Shown piece after piece: positions 1 through 10,677 of a DNA stretch of 64,000 nucleotides. Made by a program: the position numbers and the translations under genes. The notes below the pieces were generated by a model. It saw only the letters and a list, made by a program, of their open reading frames with translations, searched no databases and was not told the origin of the DNA. The stretch is taken from NCBI GenBank assembly GCA_044070495.1, contig JBIPSI010000019.1, positions 44,646-108,645 on the forward strand, written 5' to 3'. Positions within the stretch are counted from its first letter, which is position 1; the number at the start of each line of letters is the position of its first letter. Source of the stretch: Spirulina sp. (GTDB lineage: Bacteria; Cyanobacteriota; Cyanobacteriia; Phormidesmidales; Phormidesmidaceae).

Positions 1-832
1 AGAGGGCTTGCACGTAGCGGCAGAGGGCCGGGTAGTCTTGAATGCGGCGGCGGTTGCATTTGAACAGACTGTAGTACACCACATCAAAGCGAAACAGCGT
101 CGGGAAAAGGCGCACATCGGCCAGGGTGAGGGTCTCGCCACAGAGGTAGGGCTGACTGGATAGGGTCTGCTCAATGGCGTCTAGAGTCTCAAACAGTTCC
201 CCACAGGCGCGGTCGTAGGCGGCCTGGGTTTGGGCAAAGCCGCAGCGATAAACGCCGTTATTCACGCTGGCGTAGATGCGCTCGTTCCAGGAGTCAATCT
301 CGGCTTTGAGGGCAGCGGGATAAAGGTCGAGATCGGGATAGGCCGCAAATTCATTGAGTGATTGGTTGAGGATCTGGATAATCTCGGCACTGTCGTTATT
401 GACGATGGTTTCAGCCTGAAAATCCCACAGCACCGGAACCGTGGCCCGTCCGGCAATGCCCACCTGACGGTAGAGTTCGGGCAGGGTGCGGCAATTCTGG
501 AACGGCGTAGGGAAAACCCAGCAGCCCTCGTCTGGGGAGGGTTCTACCACCACGACCGTAACGGCATCCTCCAACCCTTTAAGGGCACGGGTCATCAGGG
601 TACGGTGCGCCCAAGGACAACCCATCCCCACCATCAACCCATAGCGTTGGAAGGCCGGGGGATGGGGGCCATTGGGTGCAATCCAGCCCCGGCACTGGCT
701 GGGGGGCCGCTGATAGTCGCCGCCCTCGTTGCTGGGAGCCATCTGGGCCATCATTTGCTGCCAGAGCGTGGTCCACACCCACTTGCCCGTGCGAATTAGC
801 AAACCGGGGGGTAATGATGCTTTCTTAGCCAT
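1..832 (-). CDS. Glutathione S-transferase, glutathionyl-hydroquinone reductase (YqjG/ECM4-like); 3' end runs off the window
   Basis: Read manually (absent from the ORF track): ATG at 832, MAKKASLPPG...GMGCPWAHRT...ATVPVLWD...IVNNDSAEII...NNGVYRCGFAQTQ...LADVRLFPTLFRFD; CPWAHR motif. Confidence 0.9.
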   Translation of the reverse strand, partial: MAKKASLPPGLLIRTGKWVWTTLWQQMMAQMAPSNEGGDYQRPPSQCRGWIAPNGPHPPAFQRYGLMVGMGCPWAHRTLMTRALKGLEDAVTVVVVEPSPDEGCWVFPTPFQNCRTLPELYRQVGIAGRATVPVLWDFQAETIVNNDSAEIIQILNQSLNEFAAYPDLDLYPAALKAEIDSWNERIYASVNNGVYRCGFAQTQAAYDRACGELFETLDAIEQTLSSQPYLCGETLTLADVRLFPTLFRFDVVYYSLFKCNRRRIQDYPALCRYVQAL

Positions 833-840
833 GGAATTTC

Positions 841-1422
841 CTACGGCAAGAGGGTATGGAGGTTCAGCTCAAATCCTGGCAAAACAGCTTCTCCAGACAA
901 GGTCGCCGTGAAGGGTACCGTTTCGGGGGCAACATCAGGACGATACACCTCCACCGTGCGGGTTTTAGGGTTCACCAGCCAGCCCAGCCGACAGCCGTTG
1001 TCAAGGTATTCCTGCATCTTGGCTTGGAGCGTTGCTACGTCATCGGTAGCGGACAGCAGCTCGATAACAAAGTCGGGGCAGAGGGGGGCAAATCCCTGGC
1101 GTTGGTCGGGGCTGAGGGACGTCCAGCGTTCTAGCGCCACCCAAGCCACATCGGGGGAGCGAATCGCCCCATTGGGCAACCGAAACCCGCTAGAGGAATC
1201 AAACGCTTTCCCCAGCCCTGTGCGGCGATTCCAAAGCGTCACATCAGCGGTCAGTTCAGAGTTGTAACTTCCGCTCTCGCTCCCGGTCGGTGCCATGGCG
1301 ATGAGTTCTCCCGTGGCGGTGAGTTCTAGGCGCAGGTCGGGATTGGCCTGGACGATGGCCCTAAACTGCTCCTCGCTGATCCGCAGGGTTTTTGGCAGAG
1401 TAACGGCAACGGTGGCTGGCAT
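841..1422 (-). CDS. Uma2 family (PD-(D/E)xK-like) putative endonuclease
   Basis: FDSSSGFRLPNGAIRSPDVAWV...PLCPDFVIELLS...KMQEYLDNGCRLGWLVNP; likely start MPATV at 1422. Confidence 0.9.
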   Translation of the reverse strand: MPATVAVTLPKTLRISEEQFRAIVQANPDLRLELTATGELIAMAPTGSESGSYNSELTADVTLWNRRTGLGKAFDSSSGFRLPNGAIRSPDVAWVALERWTSLSPDQRQGFAPLCPDFVIELLSATDDVATLQAKMQEYLDNGCRLGWLVNPKTRTVEVYRPDVAPETVPFTATLSGEAVLPGFELNLHTLLP

Positions 1423-1497
1423 AGACAAAACCGCGAAACGCCATGGCCCTATTCTAGCCAGCCAGGATGTCTGGGCAAGCGCCATGCCTCGGTGGCG

Positions 1498-2202
1498 TCA
1501 GGCGTCCTCGTTCCAGGCGGGGTGGGAGAGCAGGGAGGCCATCATTCGCACGCCGCGCAGTTGGTTGGAGAGGGGCAGGTGGCCATCGGGGGCGCTGAGA
1601 TCCCAGATGAAGCCGCCCGGATAGCGCGTCCAAACATTGTCGTCTTTCCAGGCGAGGCGGGGCCAGAGTTTGTCCCAGTTTTGGCCGAGGGCGAGCCAAA
1701 GGCGTCGCTGCACCGAGAAGCCAAACTTGCCTTCAGAGTAGATTTGCCACAGCCGATCAATCGTCTGCAAATCCAGGCTGGGGAACATGTCTACTTCCGT
1801 GAAATACACCCACTTGCGCTTTACCGCCGTGGGGCCAGCCAGTTCACACAGTTTGACAAGGGTAAGGCGGTCAGCTTCTTGGAAGTCTTGGGCCACCAGA
1901 CAATCTTGAAGGGGGGAATAGTCAATCTCGGCGGCAGAGGGCATGGGTACCCGACCTTCGGGCCAGGTCTCTAGCAAAAAATCTTGGATGTCGTCCTGCT
2001 GAGTGGCGTAGAGCACCTGCACCATGCGGCCATCCAAAATCGTGGGCGGCGCATCCTTGCGGTCGAGCAACGCGGTTTTGAGAGCGCCTAGCCCCTCCGC
2101 CCCCAGGGCTACCAATTCGTGAACCGCCGAGAGTTGACGTTTGGGGGAATCGCCCTGAAGTTGCTGCCGCAAGTCCTCCAATGTGCCGCTTTCCGAAACC
2201 AT
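1498..2202 (-). CDS. gun4: GUN4 porphyrin-binding Mg-chelatase activator (Ycf53)
   Basis: IDYSPLQ..L...DFQEADRLT...DLQTIDRLWQIYSEGKFGFSVQRRLW...APDGHLPLSNQLRG; start taken at MVSES. Confidence 0.9.
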   Translation of the reverse strand: MVSESGTLEDLRQQLQGDSPKRQLSAVHELVALGAEGLGALKTALLDRKDAPPTILDGRMVQVLYATQQDDIQDFLLETWPEGRVPMPSAAEIDYSPLQDCLVAQDFQEADRLTLVKLCELAGPTAVKRKWVYFTEVDMFPSLDLQTIDRLWQIYSEGKFGFSVQRRLWLALGQNWDKLWPRLAWKDDNVWTRYPGGFIWDLSAPDGHLPLSNQLRGVRMMASLLSHPAWNEDA

Positions 2203-2275
2203 AGATCCTATGCCATGCGCTGTGAAACTGCCCTTTCCAATGATATGGCAATATCGGCGGTTTCTGGGGCTAGGG

Positions 2276-2698
2276 CTAGGGCAGGGGATGGGTGAGAAAG
2301 GCATATTCCTCGACTACTTGGCCGCCGATTAGGTGTTCTTGGATGATGCGCTCAATCACCTCTGGGGTGGCGCTGTGGTACCATACGCCATCGGGGTAGA
2401 CCAGCAAAATCGGCCCCTTGTGGCAGACCCGCAAACAGTGCACCTTGGTGCGAAAGATGCTGGTAGGCTGCTCGGCGGTGGGGATATCCAGCTTCAGTTC
2501 TTTAAGGCGATTTTTCAGATAGTCCCAGGCTTCTAGGCTGGCGGCCTTATCGCAGCACTTGGGGATAGATTGGTCGGCACAGATAAACACATGGCGCTGA
2601 ATGCTGCCCAGGGCCAGGGCGTCAACACTCTGCTGGAGCACACTTTGCTGGAGGGCTGTTTCGGGAGTTTGGGACGCTGGGGTGGGGGAATTAGTCAT
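2276..2698 (-). CDS. Thioredoxin-like (2Fe-2S) ferredoxin
   Basis: [15 protein letters not shown]...[25 protein letters not shown]...IIQEHLIGG; start at MTNSP overlaps the minE stop. Confidence 0.85.
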   Translation of the reverse strand: MTNSPTPASQTPETALQQSVLQQSVDALALGSIQRHVFICADQSIPKCCDKAASLEAWDYLKNRLKELKLDIPTAEQPTSIFRTKVHCLRVCHKGPILLVYPDGVWYHSATPEVIERIIQEHLIGGQVVEEYAFLTHPLP

Positions 2699-3218
2699 GG
2701 CGGGCGGGATCTTCGGACGGGGTGGGTGGTGAATCGAGGTCAAGTGCTGTGGAGGACTCGATGGTATCGACGGCCTCAGGGGAGTCGGTACCGGGGGCAG
2801 ATTCCTCGACAGGATTAGCTTCGGCGACGGACTGGGTGGATTCAGCAGGCTCGGCGGACTCGGTAGGGGGGCTGACCTCCTCGGCGGGCGCATCAACCTG
2901 GGCAGTATCGGCCTTGGGAGCGGTATCTAGATTTTCGGGCACCACGGGGGAACTGGGCCGCACTCGACGGATGGGTAGGTTGGCAATCAGGGCGGTCATG
3001 CGCTGGTCGCTTTCCAGGTTAAATTCCAGGTGCTCTTGGTCAAGCTCCACGTAGCGCGAGACCACCTCTAGGATTTCCTGGCGCATTTTTTCCACCAGGT
3101 CGGGGCTGAGGTCGGTGCGGTCGTGGGCGAGGACAAACTGAAGCCGTTGCTTTGCCGACTCCCGGCTGGTGGGGGTGCGGTTGCGGTTAAAGAGTTTATC
3201 GAGCAGTTCGCTGAGCAT
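2691..3218 (-). CDS. minE: Cell division topological specificity factor MinE with acidic, low-complexity C-terminal tail
   Basis: [17 protein letters not shown]...[13 protein letters not shown]...[10 protein letters not shown]; directly downstream of minD. Confidence 0.92.
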   Translation of the reverse strand: MLSELLDKLFNRNRTPTSRESAKQRLQFVLAHDRTDLSPDLVEKMRQEILEVVSRYVELDQEHLEFNLESDQRMTALIANLPIRRVRPSSPVVPENLDTAPKADTAQVDAPAEEVSPPTESAEPAESTQSVAEANPVEESAPGTDSPEAVDTIESSTALDLDSPPTPSEDPARHD

Positions 3219-3341
3219 GGGGACGGGTGGCTGTGGATGACATCGAACACCGGGAGCGGGTGAGGGGGAAAGTTAGGGAGAAGCCCTAAGCTTAGGGGGC
3301 TCCAAGCTTAGGAACTCCAAGCGACGGGCCATTCCCGAAAC

Positions 3342-4139
3342 TTACCCCCGCAGAAAACGACGGATACGGCTAAACAGGTCGTCGTGGGTGGCGGTGAGGT
3401 CGAGCAAGGGCACCTCTTCCCCCAGCAGCCGCCGAGCAATGTTCTGAAAGGCCATCCCTGCCAGGGAGAGCTTGGCATCCAACACCAGGGGTTCGCCCCG
3501 GTTGGAGGACACGATGACCCGCTCGTCGTCGGGGATTACCCCCAACAGCGGCACCGCTAGGATATCTAAAACATCGCGAACGGACATCATTTGATCTTCC
3601 TGCACCATGGCGGGCTTGAGGCGATTTACCAGCAGTTTGGTGTATTTCACGTCGCTGGCCTCCAAGAGTCCCACCACTCGGTCGGCATCGCGCACGGCGG
3701 AGACCTCCGGCGTGGTTACCACAATCGCCTCGTTGGCGGGGGCAATGGCATTTTGAAAGCCCAGCTCAATCCCCGCCGGACAGTCGATAATCACAAAGTC
3801 GTACTGGCCCTTCAGCCCCGCCACCAGTTCCTTCATTTGGTCGGGGGTAATGGCTTCTTTGTTGCGGTTTTGGGCCGCTGCCAGCAGGGCTAAATTGGGC
3901 TGGCGCTTGTCTTTGACCAGGGCTTTTTCAATGGTGCAATCCCCGGCTAGCACATCCAGGGCCGTGTAGACAATGCGGTTTTCTAGCCCCAGCAGTAGGT
4001 CGAGGTTGCGTAGACCAAAGTCGGCATCAATCACCACGACCTTTTGATCCCGCTGCGCTAGGGCCATGCCCAGGTTGGTGGTGCAGGTGGTTTTGCCTAC
4101 CCCGCCCTTGCCAGAGGTCATTACAATGATGCGCGTCAT
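3342..4139 (-). CDS. minD: Septum site-determining ATPase MinD
   Basis: [40 protein letters not shown]-terminal amphipathic helix. Confidence 0.97.
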   Translation of the reverse strand: MTRIIVMTSGKGGVGKTTCTTNLGMALAQRDQKVVVIDADFGLRNLDLLLGLENRIVYTALDVLAGDCTIEKALVKDKRQPNLALLAAAQNRNKEAITPDQMKELVAGLKGQYDFVIIDCPAGIELGFQNAIAPANEAIVVTTPEVSAVRDADRVVGLLEASDVKYTKLLVNRLKPAMVQEDQMMSVRDVLDILAVPLLGVIPDDERVIVSSNRGEPLVLDAKLSLAGMAFQNIARRLLGEEVPLLDLTATHDDLFSRIRRFLRG

Positions 4140-4710
4140 AGGCTAACCCAGCGTTCTACCGTCTAAACTTTACAACTCCACGAATTTTACGAGGAATTTA
4201 CACAACCGAGACACCCGGTTTTAGAATCAACTACCCGGCAGAACGAACGAATGCCCACATTGTTCTTGGATTCACAGAACCTTGGGGGTACACAACCCTG
4301 GGGTGATACGACCGAAACCGAGCCCCCTAGGCTCAGAATTGTCCTTGGGCCAAGGCCGAACCGCGTAGGTCGATCCAGACTCCAATTCCCACACCCCCTA
4401 GGGATACCAGCGATAATGCTCGCCCTAGGTTACATGAAGTTTTCCCCTTTCCCAGAAGGAACGTGCGTAAAGGCACCGCAAGAACTGGTCCACTGGGTTT
4501 AGATGGCGGAGGAATTTGGGTAAACATAGGGTAGACCCTGGGGATAAGGTCATGGCCGCCGCTGGATGTTCCTAGGGAGGGAAGATAGATCGAGGGGAAA
4601 CCTTAGCCATGGTGGCAAGCCCAACGGAAGTAAGCCCAGCGCCCCAGCCCATTCGGCAACGATGGGGGACAGCGCCCTTACCGGAACCGGATTTTAATTA
4701 GGAGTTACGC

Positions 4711-5307
4711 ATGGTCGTCAGCATCGATGAACGGGTCACTCCCTCCAGCCCTCAGGGGGTGGTTGATCAAGCACAGTTCTCGCCCCAGGATCAGGTGGCG
4801 CTGCTGCGGGGTGATGTATTAATTGTGCCGCAGTCCCTGCCCCAGGCCCCGGCAGCGGTAATGGCCCACATGTATGTGCCCCTCCATCGAACCCACATTT
4901 GGCCCCAGGTCACCAGCTATCGCCGCTGGACTCAGTTTTTCCCTAACATCACCCACAGCGAGGTGCTGGAGTCGGTGAAAACGGCCACCCATCGCTACCG
5001 CCGCCTGTATCAGGTGGGGCGCAAGGGGTTCATGATGATCAGCGCCCAGGTGGAAATCTACCTTCAGGTGCTAGAAACCACCTGCGAGCACATTCAATTT
5101 CGCCTAGAACAGGGCACCTTCTCCTACTTCGATGCCGATCTGCACCTGCAAGACATGGGCGAGGGCACCCTACTCACCTACCGCGTCCAGGCGGCCCCCA
5201 CTATTCCTGTCCCCACGTTTCTGATTGAGCAGGGCATGAAGATTGACCTACCCGGTAACATGAGACAGATGCGGCAAGTGTTATGTCAGGGCTATGGTGT
5301 GGTTTAA
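4711..5307 (+). CDS. SRPBCC/polyketide cyclase-dehydrase family protein
   Basis: IWPQVTSYRRWTQFFPNITHSEVL...GTLLTY pattern; AGGAG RBS upstream. Confidence 0.75.
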   Translation: MVVSIDERVTPSSPQGVVDQAQFSPQDQVALLRGDVLIVPQSLPQAPAAVMAHMYVPLHRTHIWPQVTSYRRWTQFFPNITHSEVLESVKTATHRYRRLYQVGRKGFMMISAQVEIYLQVLETTCEHIQFRLEQGTFSYFDADLHLQDMGEGTLLTYRVQAAPTIPVPTFLIEQGMKIDLPGNMRQMRQVLCQGYGVV

Positions 5308-5659
5308 GCGGCTGCGGGGCACCTTTTGGTTGGGGTTAGGCTATCTGCTGTCGCCCCTCTCCTGGTGGAATGATTTGATTTTTAACTTTCCCTTGGCCTA
5401 CGGCTTTGCCTACCTGATTACCTGGGGGCAGCGCGACTGGTTTTGGGCCGCGACGGTGGTGGGCTATTGGCTGTCTAACGTGCTGGGCATGGTGATGATG
5501 CAGTGGGGGGCCACGGATATTCTGTTTACGGATACCCCCCGCAACTGGAAACGAGAATTGTGGTTGGGTTTGGCCAGCTCTACGGCCTACACCCTGGCCA
5601 TTGCGGGCTTAGTCTACTTCCACGTTCTCGATCTGCCGGACTTTTTGGCGGTGAGTTAA
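5294..5659 (+). CDS. Conserved cyanobacterial membrane protein
   Basis: Hydrophobic 121-aa ORF, GYLLSPLSWWNDLIFN; overlaps the upstream gene. Confidence 0.7.
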   Translation: MVWFKRLRGTFWLGLGYLLSPLSWWNDLIFNFPLAYGFAYLITWGQRDWFWAATVVGYWLSNVLGMVMMQWGATDILFTDTPRNWKRELWLGLASSTAYTLAIAGLVYFHVLDLPDFLAVS

Positions 5660-5669
5660 GCATGGGGGG

Positions 5670-5861
5670 TTAATGGTAGCGTTCCACAAAGGCTCGTCCG
5701 GCGGACATGGCGGCGCTGCTAGTGGTGTAAAAGGTGCCGTCGCTCAGCACATCCAGGGTAGGATTGACAATCCAGCACTGGTAGCCCCGATTTTTAGAGT
5801 GGCTGACACCGATAATCCAGCCCGCCATTGCCGATACCTGTACTACCGCATCGTCGTTCAT
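5670..5861 (-). CDS. Small hypothetical protein
   Basis: 63-aa ORF with GAAGGAG RBS upstream of the ATG; convergent with the previous gene. Confidence 0.6.
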   Translation of the reverse strand: MNDDAVVQVSAMAGWIIGVSHSKNRGYQCWIVNPTLDVLSDGTFYTTSSAAMSAGRAFVERYH

Positions 5862-6228
5862 GGGTTTCTCCTTCGGCTAGCCTAGGCTGCGACCCCAGAA
5901 AATTCCCCCTGGGGCGGCGGTTGGGCCATCGTGGTCTACTGGATGATCAAGCCAGGCTTTGCTGGAAACCACCAGGATCGCCGACCTTGATTCCAATATT
6001 CCGATCATTGTATTCCGATTATCCCGCAGGGACGTTGATCCTCTTCGGCTCCCTGCTCCCATGGGCAGTCATTGGAGACTCGTCAATCAAACAAGGGGAA
6101 CCTGAGGTCTAAGGTTCCCTTGTTTTAGACGTATTTGACGTATCTAGCGATGCCACGCGGCTTCCCGCAGGATAGGGAGAATGTCCCATGCCTGAGCGAA
6201 GCCGGGTGGCGTTCCCCATGCACTTACC

Positions 6229-7842
6229 CTATTCCCATTCGATGGTGCCAGGCGGCTTGGAGGTGATGTCGTAGACCACGCGGTTGACGCCTTCCACTTC
6301 GTTAACGATGCGGTTGGAGATGGTCTCCAGCAGGTCGTAGGGCACCCGCGACCAGTCGGCGGTCATCCCGTCTTCGCTGCTGACCAGGCGCAGCACAATC
6401 GGGTAGGCGTAGGTGCGTTGGTCGCCCATCACCCCCACACTGCGGACGGGCAGCAGCACCGCAAAGGCCTGCCAAAAGTCGTGGTACATGCCCTGTTTGC
6501 TGATTTCATCCCGCACCACGAAGTCGGCATTACGGAGGATTTCCAGCCGTTCTTCGGTAATTTCGCCGATGATGCGAATGGCCAAACCGGGGCCAGGGAA
6601 GGGGTGGCGACGGACGATTTCTTCGGGCAGGCCAATGTTGCGACCCACCTTGCGAACTTCATCCTTAAAGAGTTTCCGCAGAGGTTCCACCAGCTTGAAC
6701 TGAAGATCCTTCGGCAGACCGCCCACATTGTGGTGGCTCTTGATCTTCACCGCCACCCGCTCCCCGGTTTTGGGGTCTACATTGGTATCGGCGGATTCGA
6801 TCACGTCGGGATACAGCGTGCCCTGGGCCAGGTAGTCGAAGGGGCCGAGGCGGTTGGATTCTTCCTCAAACACGCGGATGAATTCGTGGCCGATGCGCTT
6901 GCGTTTTTCTTCGGGATCGGTGATGCCCTGCACCACATGCAGGAAGCGTTCCCGTGCTTTGATGTGCTGCACAGGGATATGGAACTGCTCTTGGAAGAGC
7001 TTCACCAGCCGCTCCGGTTCGCCCTTGCGCATAAAGCCCTGGTCGATGAACATACAGGTGAGCTGGTCGCCGATGGCCTCATGGAGCAAAAAGGCCAGGG
7101 TTGAGGAATCCACGCCGCCGGAGAGGGCCAGCAGCACCCGCTTGTCGCCTACCCTAGCCCGGACTTCGCGGATGGCCTCTTCTACAAAGGCTTCCGTGGT
7201 CCAGGTGGGCTGGCACTCGCAGATGTGGTAAACAAAGTTGCGAATTAGGGCAATGCCGCCGAGGGAATGCACCACCTCTGGGTGGAACTGCACGCCATAG
7301 AGCTTGCGGCTGTGGTCGGCGATGGCGGCGCAGGGGGTATTGTCGGTGTGGGCTAGGACTTCAAAGCCATCGGGCAGGCGGGTTACCGAATCGCCGTGGC
7401 TCATCCACATGGTGGTGTTGTCTTCTACATTGGTGAGTAGGTCGGTGGGGTCATCGATGAATAGACCGGCCTTGCCGTACTCGCCTCGCTCCGCCCGTTC
7501 CACTTGGCCACCCAATTGCTGCACCATGAGCTGCATCCCGTAGCACACGCCCAAAATGGGAATGCCCAACTCCCAAATCGCCGGGTCGCAGTGGGGTGCC
7601 CCGGCGTCGTAGACCGAACTGGGGCCACCGGAGAGGATGATGCCCTTGGGGTTGAGCTGTTTAAGCTGCTCGGCGGTGGTGCGGTAGGAGAGCACCTCGG
7701 AATACACCTCGGTTTCGCGAATGCGGCGGGCGATTAGCTCGGAATATTGGGAACCAAAGTCGAGAATCACCAGCATTTGGCGGTTGACCTCTGGCATGGA
7801 GGCGTCGTCGAGGTGGGTGGTGGAGTCGGTTTGAAGGGTCAC
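6229..7842 (-). CDS. guaA: GMP synthase (glutamine-hydrolysing)
   Basis: [37 protein letters not shown]-terminal [13 protein letters not shown]. Confidence 0.98.
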   Translation of the reverse strand: MTLQTDSTTHLDDASMPEVNRQMLVILDFGSQYSELIARRIRETEVYSEVLSYRTTAEQLKQLNPKGIILSGGPSSVYDAGAPHCDPAIWELGIPILGVCYGMQLMVQQLGGQVERAERGEYGKAGLFIDDPTDLLTNVEDNTTMWMSHGDSVTRLPDGFEVLAHTDNTPCAAIADHSRKLYGVQFHPEVVHSLGGIALIRNFVYHICECQPTWTTEAFVEEAIREVRARVGDKRVLLALSGGVDSSTLAFLLHEAIGDQLTCMFIDQGFMRKGEPERLVKLFQEQFHIPVQHIKARERFLHVVQGITDPEEKRKRIGHEFIRVFEEESNRLGPFDYLAQGTLYPDVIESADTNVDPKTGERVAVKIKSHHNVGGLPKDLQFKLVEPLRKLFKDEVRKVGRNIGLPEEIVRRHPFPGPGLAIRIIGEITEERLEILRNADFVVRDEISKQGMYHDFWQAFAVLLPVRSVGVMGDQRTYAYPIVLRLVSSEDGMTADWSRVPYDLLETISNRIVNEVEGVNRVVYDITSKPPGTIEWE

Positions 7843-8110
7843 TAGCTTAATCCTGTAGATTGACGACGGGGAGTGACGATAGGGCTAAAAGAGCTAAGGC
7901 GAGGGCAACGATATCGACAATGTGGACAATATGAGGGGTTTTAAAGGTACCCGTATTCTGGTGGCAACGCCATCAGAACCAGGATGCTAAGACACGATTC
8001 AGCAGAGGCTTGTAAAGGGAGGTTGGTAAAAAATAATCCTCTCAGTCTAACAAAACTTGCTGAAATAACGTCTGCGCCTCTAGCCCTGATTCCGAGATCC
8101 CAAGGTGGGC

Positions 8111-9376
8111 CTAGGTTTGACCGAAGGGCAGGGCTAGGCGCTGTACCCAGGGGTGAATCTCGCGGGGATAGAGCAGCCAAATGCGCTCGGCGGGCTGACT
8201 GAGGGTGTTCACCAGGGGCGAAAGGTCTTTGATGTCCACAAAGGTATTATCGACGTGCATGTGGATGCCCTGCTGGTAGGTGGTGTAGCCTCGGCTCCAG
8301 GTGTGTTCTAGGGCGGCGTAGGTTTCGCCAGCCAATCCTTGTTCGTTGAGATGGGCCTGCACCTGCGTTAGAAGCCTCTCTTGTTGATCGTCCGACAGAC
8401 GGGTGATTTCCAAGGTCTTCAGCAAATCCCGATCCACGTACCGACGGCAGAGATCCGCCAGCAAAGCATCTTTCCCCCGCTGCCAGCGCTGGAGGTGGTA
8501 GTTCAGTACGGCGTCATCGGCAGCCAGATAGGTTTCCAGGGAAAGGGGAACTTGGGCCGATTGCAGCCAAGCCGCCATGGTCTCATCGGCCTCTAGTTGC
8601 CCGGATGGGTGAAGGACACGGGCGCGGTTGAAGGCGCATTTCAGCAGCCAAGTGGCGGCAATATTTTTGGGATGGTTGTACACCTGGGCATACATGAAAT
8701 GGCGCACCACCAGGTAATGCTCGATGGCCGAAAGCCCCTTGTGGGCCACCACCAGGCGGTTGCTCTCCGGCTCCAACTCCAGCGCCATCAGGATGCGATC
8801 CAAATCTAGTCGCCCGTAGCCAGCCCCGGTGGAGTAGCTGTCGCGCAGCAGGTAATCCAAACGGTCGCAATCTAACTGGCTAGACACCAACTGCCACACC
8901 AGCGGCACCGGATGGGTATGGGTGTAGACCTGCTCGATAGCGGGGATCAGGTCGGCGGAATATTGCGTCAGGGGGTCACGGATGGCAGGGATTTCCTGAA
9001 TGATGCGCTGCGTCCAATACTCGTGGTGTAGGCCAAAGATTTCCTCCGCCGTGTGGCTAAAGGGGCCATGGCCAATGTCGTGCAGCAGGGCAGCACAGAG
9101 CACCGTGGCCCGATGGGGACGCAAACTGGGATAGCGCCCCAATAGCTGATCAAAGGCGCGGCGAGCCAGGGCCATCACCCCCAGGGAGTGGGTAAAGCGC
9201 GAACTTTCGGCCCCGTGGAAGGTGAGGTAGGCTGGCCCCAGTTGCCGAATTCGCCGCAACCGCTGAAAGGCCGGAGTATCAATCAACCGAATCAGCAACG
9301 CCTCTTCGGGGTCGCTGGTGTGCAGGGTAATCGCCCCATGCAGCGGATCGTGGTAGGTGCGGGAGGGCTTGAACAT
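8111..9376 (-). CDS. HD-domain phosphohydrolase (dNTP triphosphohydrolase-like)
   Basis: FQRLRRIRQLG, SRFTHSLG, ALLHDIGHGPFSH, LDCDRLDYLLRD. Confidence 0.9.
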   Translation of the reverse strand: MFKPSRTYHDPLHGAITLHTSDPEEALLIRLIDTPAFQRLRRIRQLGPAYLTFHGAESSRFTHSLGVMALARRAFDQLLGRYPSLRPHRATVLCAALLHDIGHGPFSHTAEEIFGLHHEYWTQRIIQEIPAIRDPLTQYSADLIPAIEQVYTHTHPVPLVWQLVSSQLDCDRLDYLLRDSYSTGAGYGRLDLDRILMALELEPESNRLVVAHKGLSAIEHYLVVRHFMYAQVYNHPKNIAATWLLKCAFNRARVLHPSGQLEADETMAAWLQSAQVPLSLETYLAADDAVLNYHLQRWQRGKDALLADLCRRYVDRDLLKTLEITRLSDDQQERLLTQVQAHLNEQGLAGETYAALEHTWSRGYTTYQQGIHMHVDNTFVDIKDLSPLVNTLSQPAERIWLLYPREIHPWVQRLALPFGQT

Positions 9377-9389
9377 GATGGATGCGTTT

Positions 9390-9662
9390 CTAAGGCCCAG
9401 CGAAAATCGCTTCTTCTAGGTCTTTGCGGCTGAGGGAATATTTGAAGATGCGCTGCACATCCTTGCCATCGGCTCCGGCGTTGATATAGCGCACCACTAG
9501 GGCATCGATATCTAAAATTACATCGGCTTCCCAGAGAGGACGCTGTACATGCCAGCGGTGGGGCACATCGGTATGTTGTTCGCAACCCTGGCGACGCAGC
9601 CAGTCTTCAATATCCGGCAGGGTGTGGTTATAGAGGGGGGTGCTAGCGGTGGGAAGAGCCAT
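9390..9662 (-). CDS. DUF3143 family protein
   Basis: TPLYNHTLPDIEDWL...FKYSLSRKDLEEAIFAGP. Confidence 0.8.
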   Translation of the reverse strand: MALPTASTPLYNHTLPDIEDWLRRQGCEQHTDVPHRWHVQRPLWEADVILDIDALVVRYINAGADGKDVQRIFKYSLSRKDLEEAIFAGP

Positions 9663-9698
9663 AGAAACAACCTAGGGTTCGCAGAAATTAAGGGATTT

Positions 9699-9778
9699 GT
9701 AGGGTGGGCACCGCCCACCGAAGAGAATGTTTTCTCAAAAAATATCGTCTTAAATGAGTAGGGTGGGTACCGCCCACC
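9699..9778 (+). repeat. Two GTAG-type REP-like palindromes (GTAGGGTGGG-yAcc-GCCCACC) 59 bp apart
   Basis: 9699-9719 and 9758-9778; same family at 12211, 21903, 21932 and 59611. Confidence 0.85.
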
Positions 9779-9816
9779 ATCAGCAAAACCGCTTGCTAAA
9801 CAGCATTGTCTTAACT

Positions 9817-9964
9817 TATAGCGGATTTCACTTGGGTGAAGTACATGGCGATGATCCCCCCTCCCCCCTTGATAAGGGGGATACAGAGTGAAGCTTAGAC
9901 GGCTAGGGACTGGGGGATCTAGAACCCAGTAATGGGGTATCTCACTCTATTGAGAACCGCTATA
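9817..9964. mobile_element. MITE-like element with ~28-bp imperfect terminal inverted repeats
   Basis: Left end TATAGCGGATTTCACTTGGGTGAAGTAC; reverse complement of right end TATAGCGGTTCTCAATAGAGTGAGATAC; internal CCCCCTTGATAAGGGGG hairpin; no ORF. Confidence 0.7.
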
Positions 9965-10021
9965 AATTAAATCCTGGCTTAGAAATACCTAGGGCCAAGG
10001 AAAAATCCTGCCATCCTTAGC

Positions 10022-10639
10022 CTACAGCCAAGTGGGTGGCCCCTGGGCAGGGCGAGGGGTGGACGGCAGGCTTGGAGCCGTGCCAGCGGGGCCAGGGGGA
10101 TTCTGGAGTTCTGTGGTGGTCATCGGCGCAGAGGCGGGTGCCCCATCCGAGGTCAGGGTAGCGGCGTCTAGGGGTTCGGGGTTGATGGCATACTCGCCAC
10201 GGGTGAGGCTCACCGTCACCACTAGGGCCAAACAGGCCACAAAGGTGAGTCCCAGGATGAACAGGGCGAAAATTTCCCCGGCTGAAAGGGGCCGATCCGT
10301 GGGGTCGAGGTAGAGGTTGGAGGGTTCCTTGCGACGGGGAACGGCACTACTGGCCCGCGACAGGGGTTCCAGCGGCTGCATCACCGAAATGCGGGAATAG
10401 CCCACCTGTTTATCGTAGGTCCAGCGGCGATCTGGGCTGCTGAGGATGCCGTAGGCTTCGTTGAGCTGCTGAAACTTTGCGGTGGCTTCCTCCGCTGGTA
10501 GGGTAGTGGTGTCGGGGTGGTAGAGCTTGCTCAGTTCCCGAAACGCCTGCCGAATTTGCTGGGGGCTAGCGGTCGGCTTCACCCCTAGGCGGTCGTAGTG
10601 GGTTTCGGGTCTTGGGTTGGGTGCAGGCATAGACGCCAC
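10022..10639 (-). CDS. DnaJ (J-domain) membrane protein
   Basis: HYDRLGV...IRQAFRELSKLYHPD...FQQLNEAYGILS; one C-terminal TM helix. Confidence 0.88.
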   Translation of the reverse strand: MASMPAPNPRPETHYDRLGVKPTASPQQIRQAFRELSKLYHPDTTTLPAEEATAKFQQLNEAYGILSSPDRRWTYDKQVGYSRISVMQPLEPLSRASSAVPRRKEPSNLYLDPTDRPLSAGEIFALFILGLTFVACLALVVTVSLTRGEYAINPEPLDAATLTSDGAPASAPMTTTELQNPPGPAGTAPSLPSTPRPAQGPPTWL

Positions 10640-10677
10640 GGGCCTTTTATCAGCAAAGAAAATCGGTAATGGCTAGG

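Noticed and set aside
4333..4527. 64-aa ORF upstream of minD as a possible minC remnant
   Set aside because: No resemblance to MinC; coding status unsupported.
7956..7978. Hairpin TTCTGGTGGC-AAC-GCCATCAGAA in the guaA leader as a riboswitch
   Set aside because: A single stem; I could not match purine or other riboswitch consensus features.
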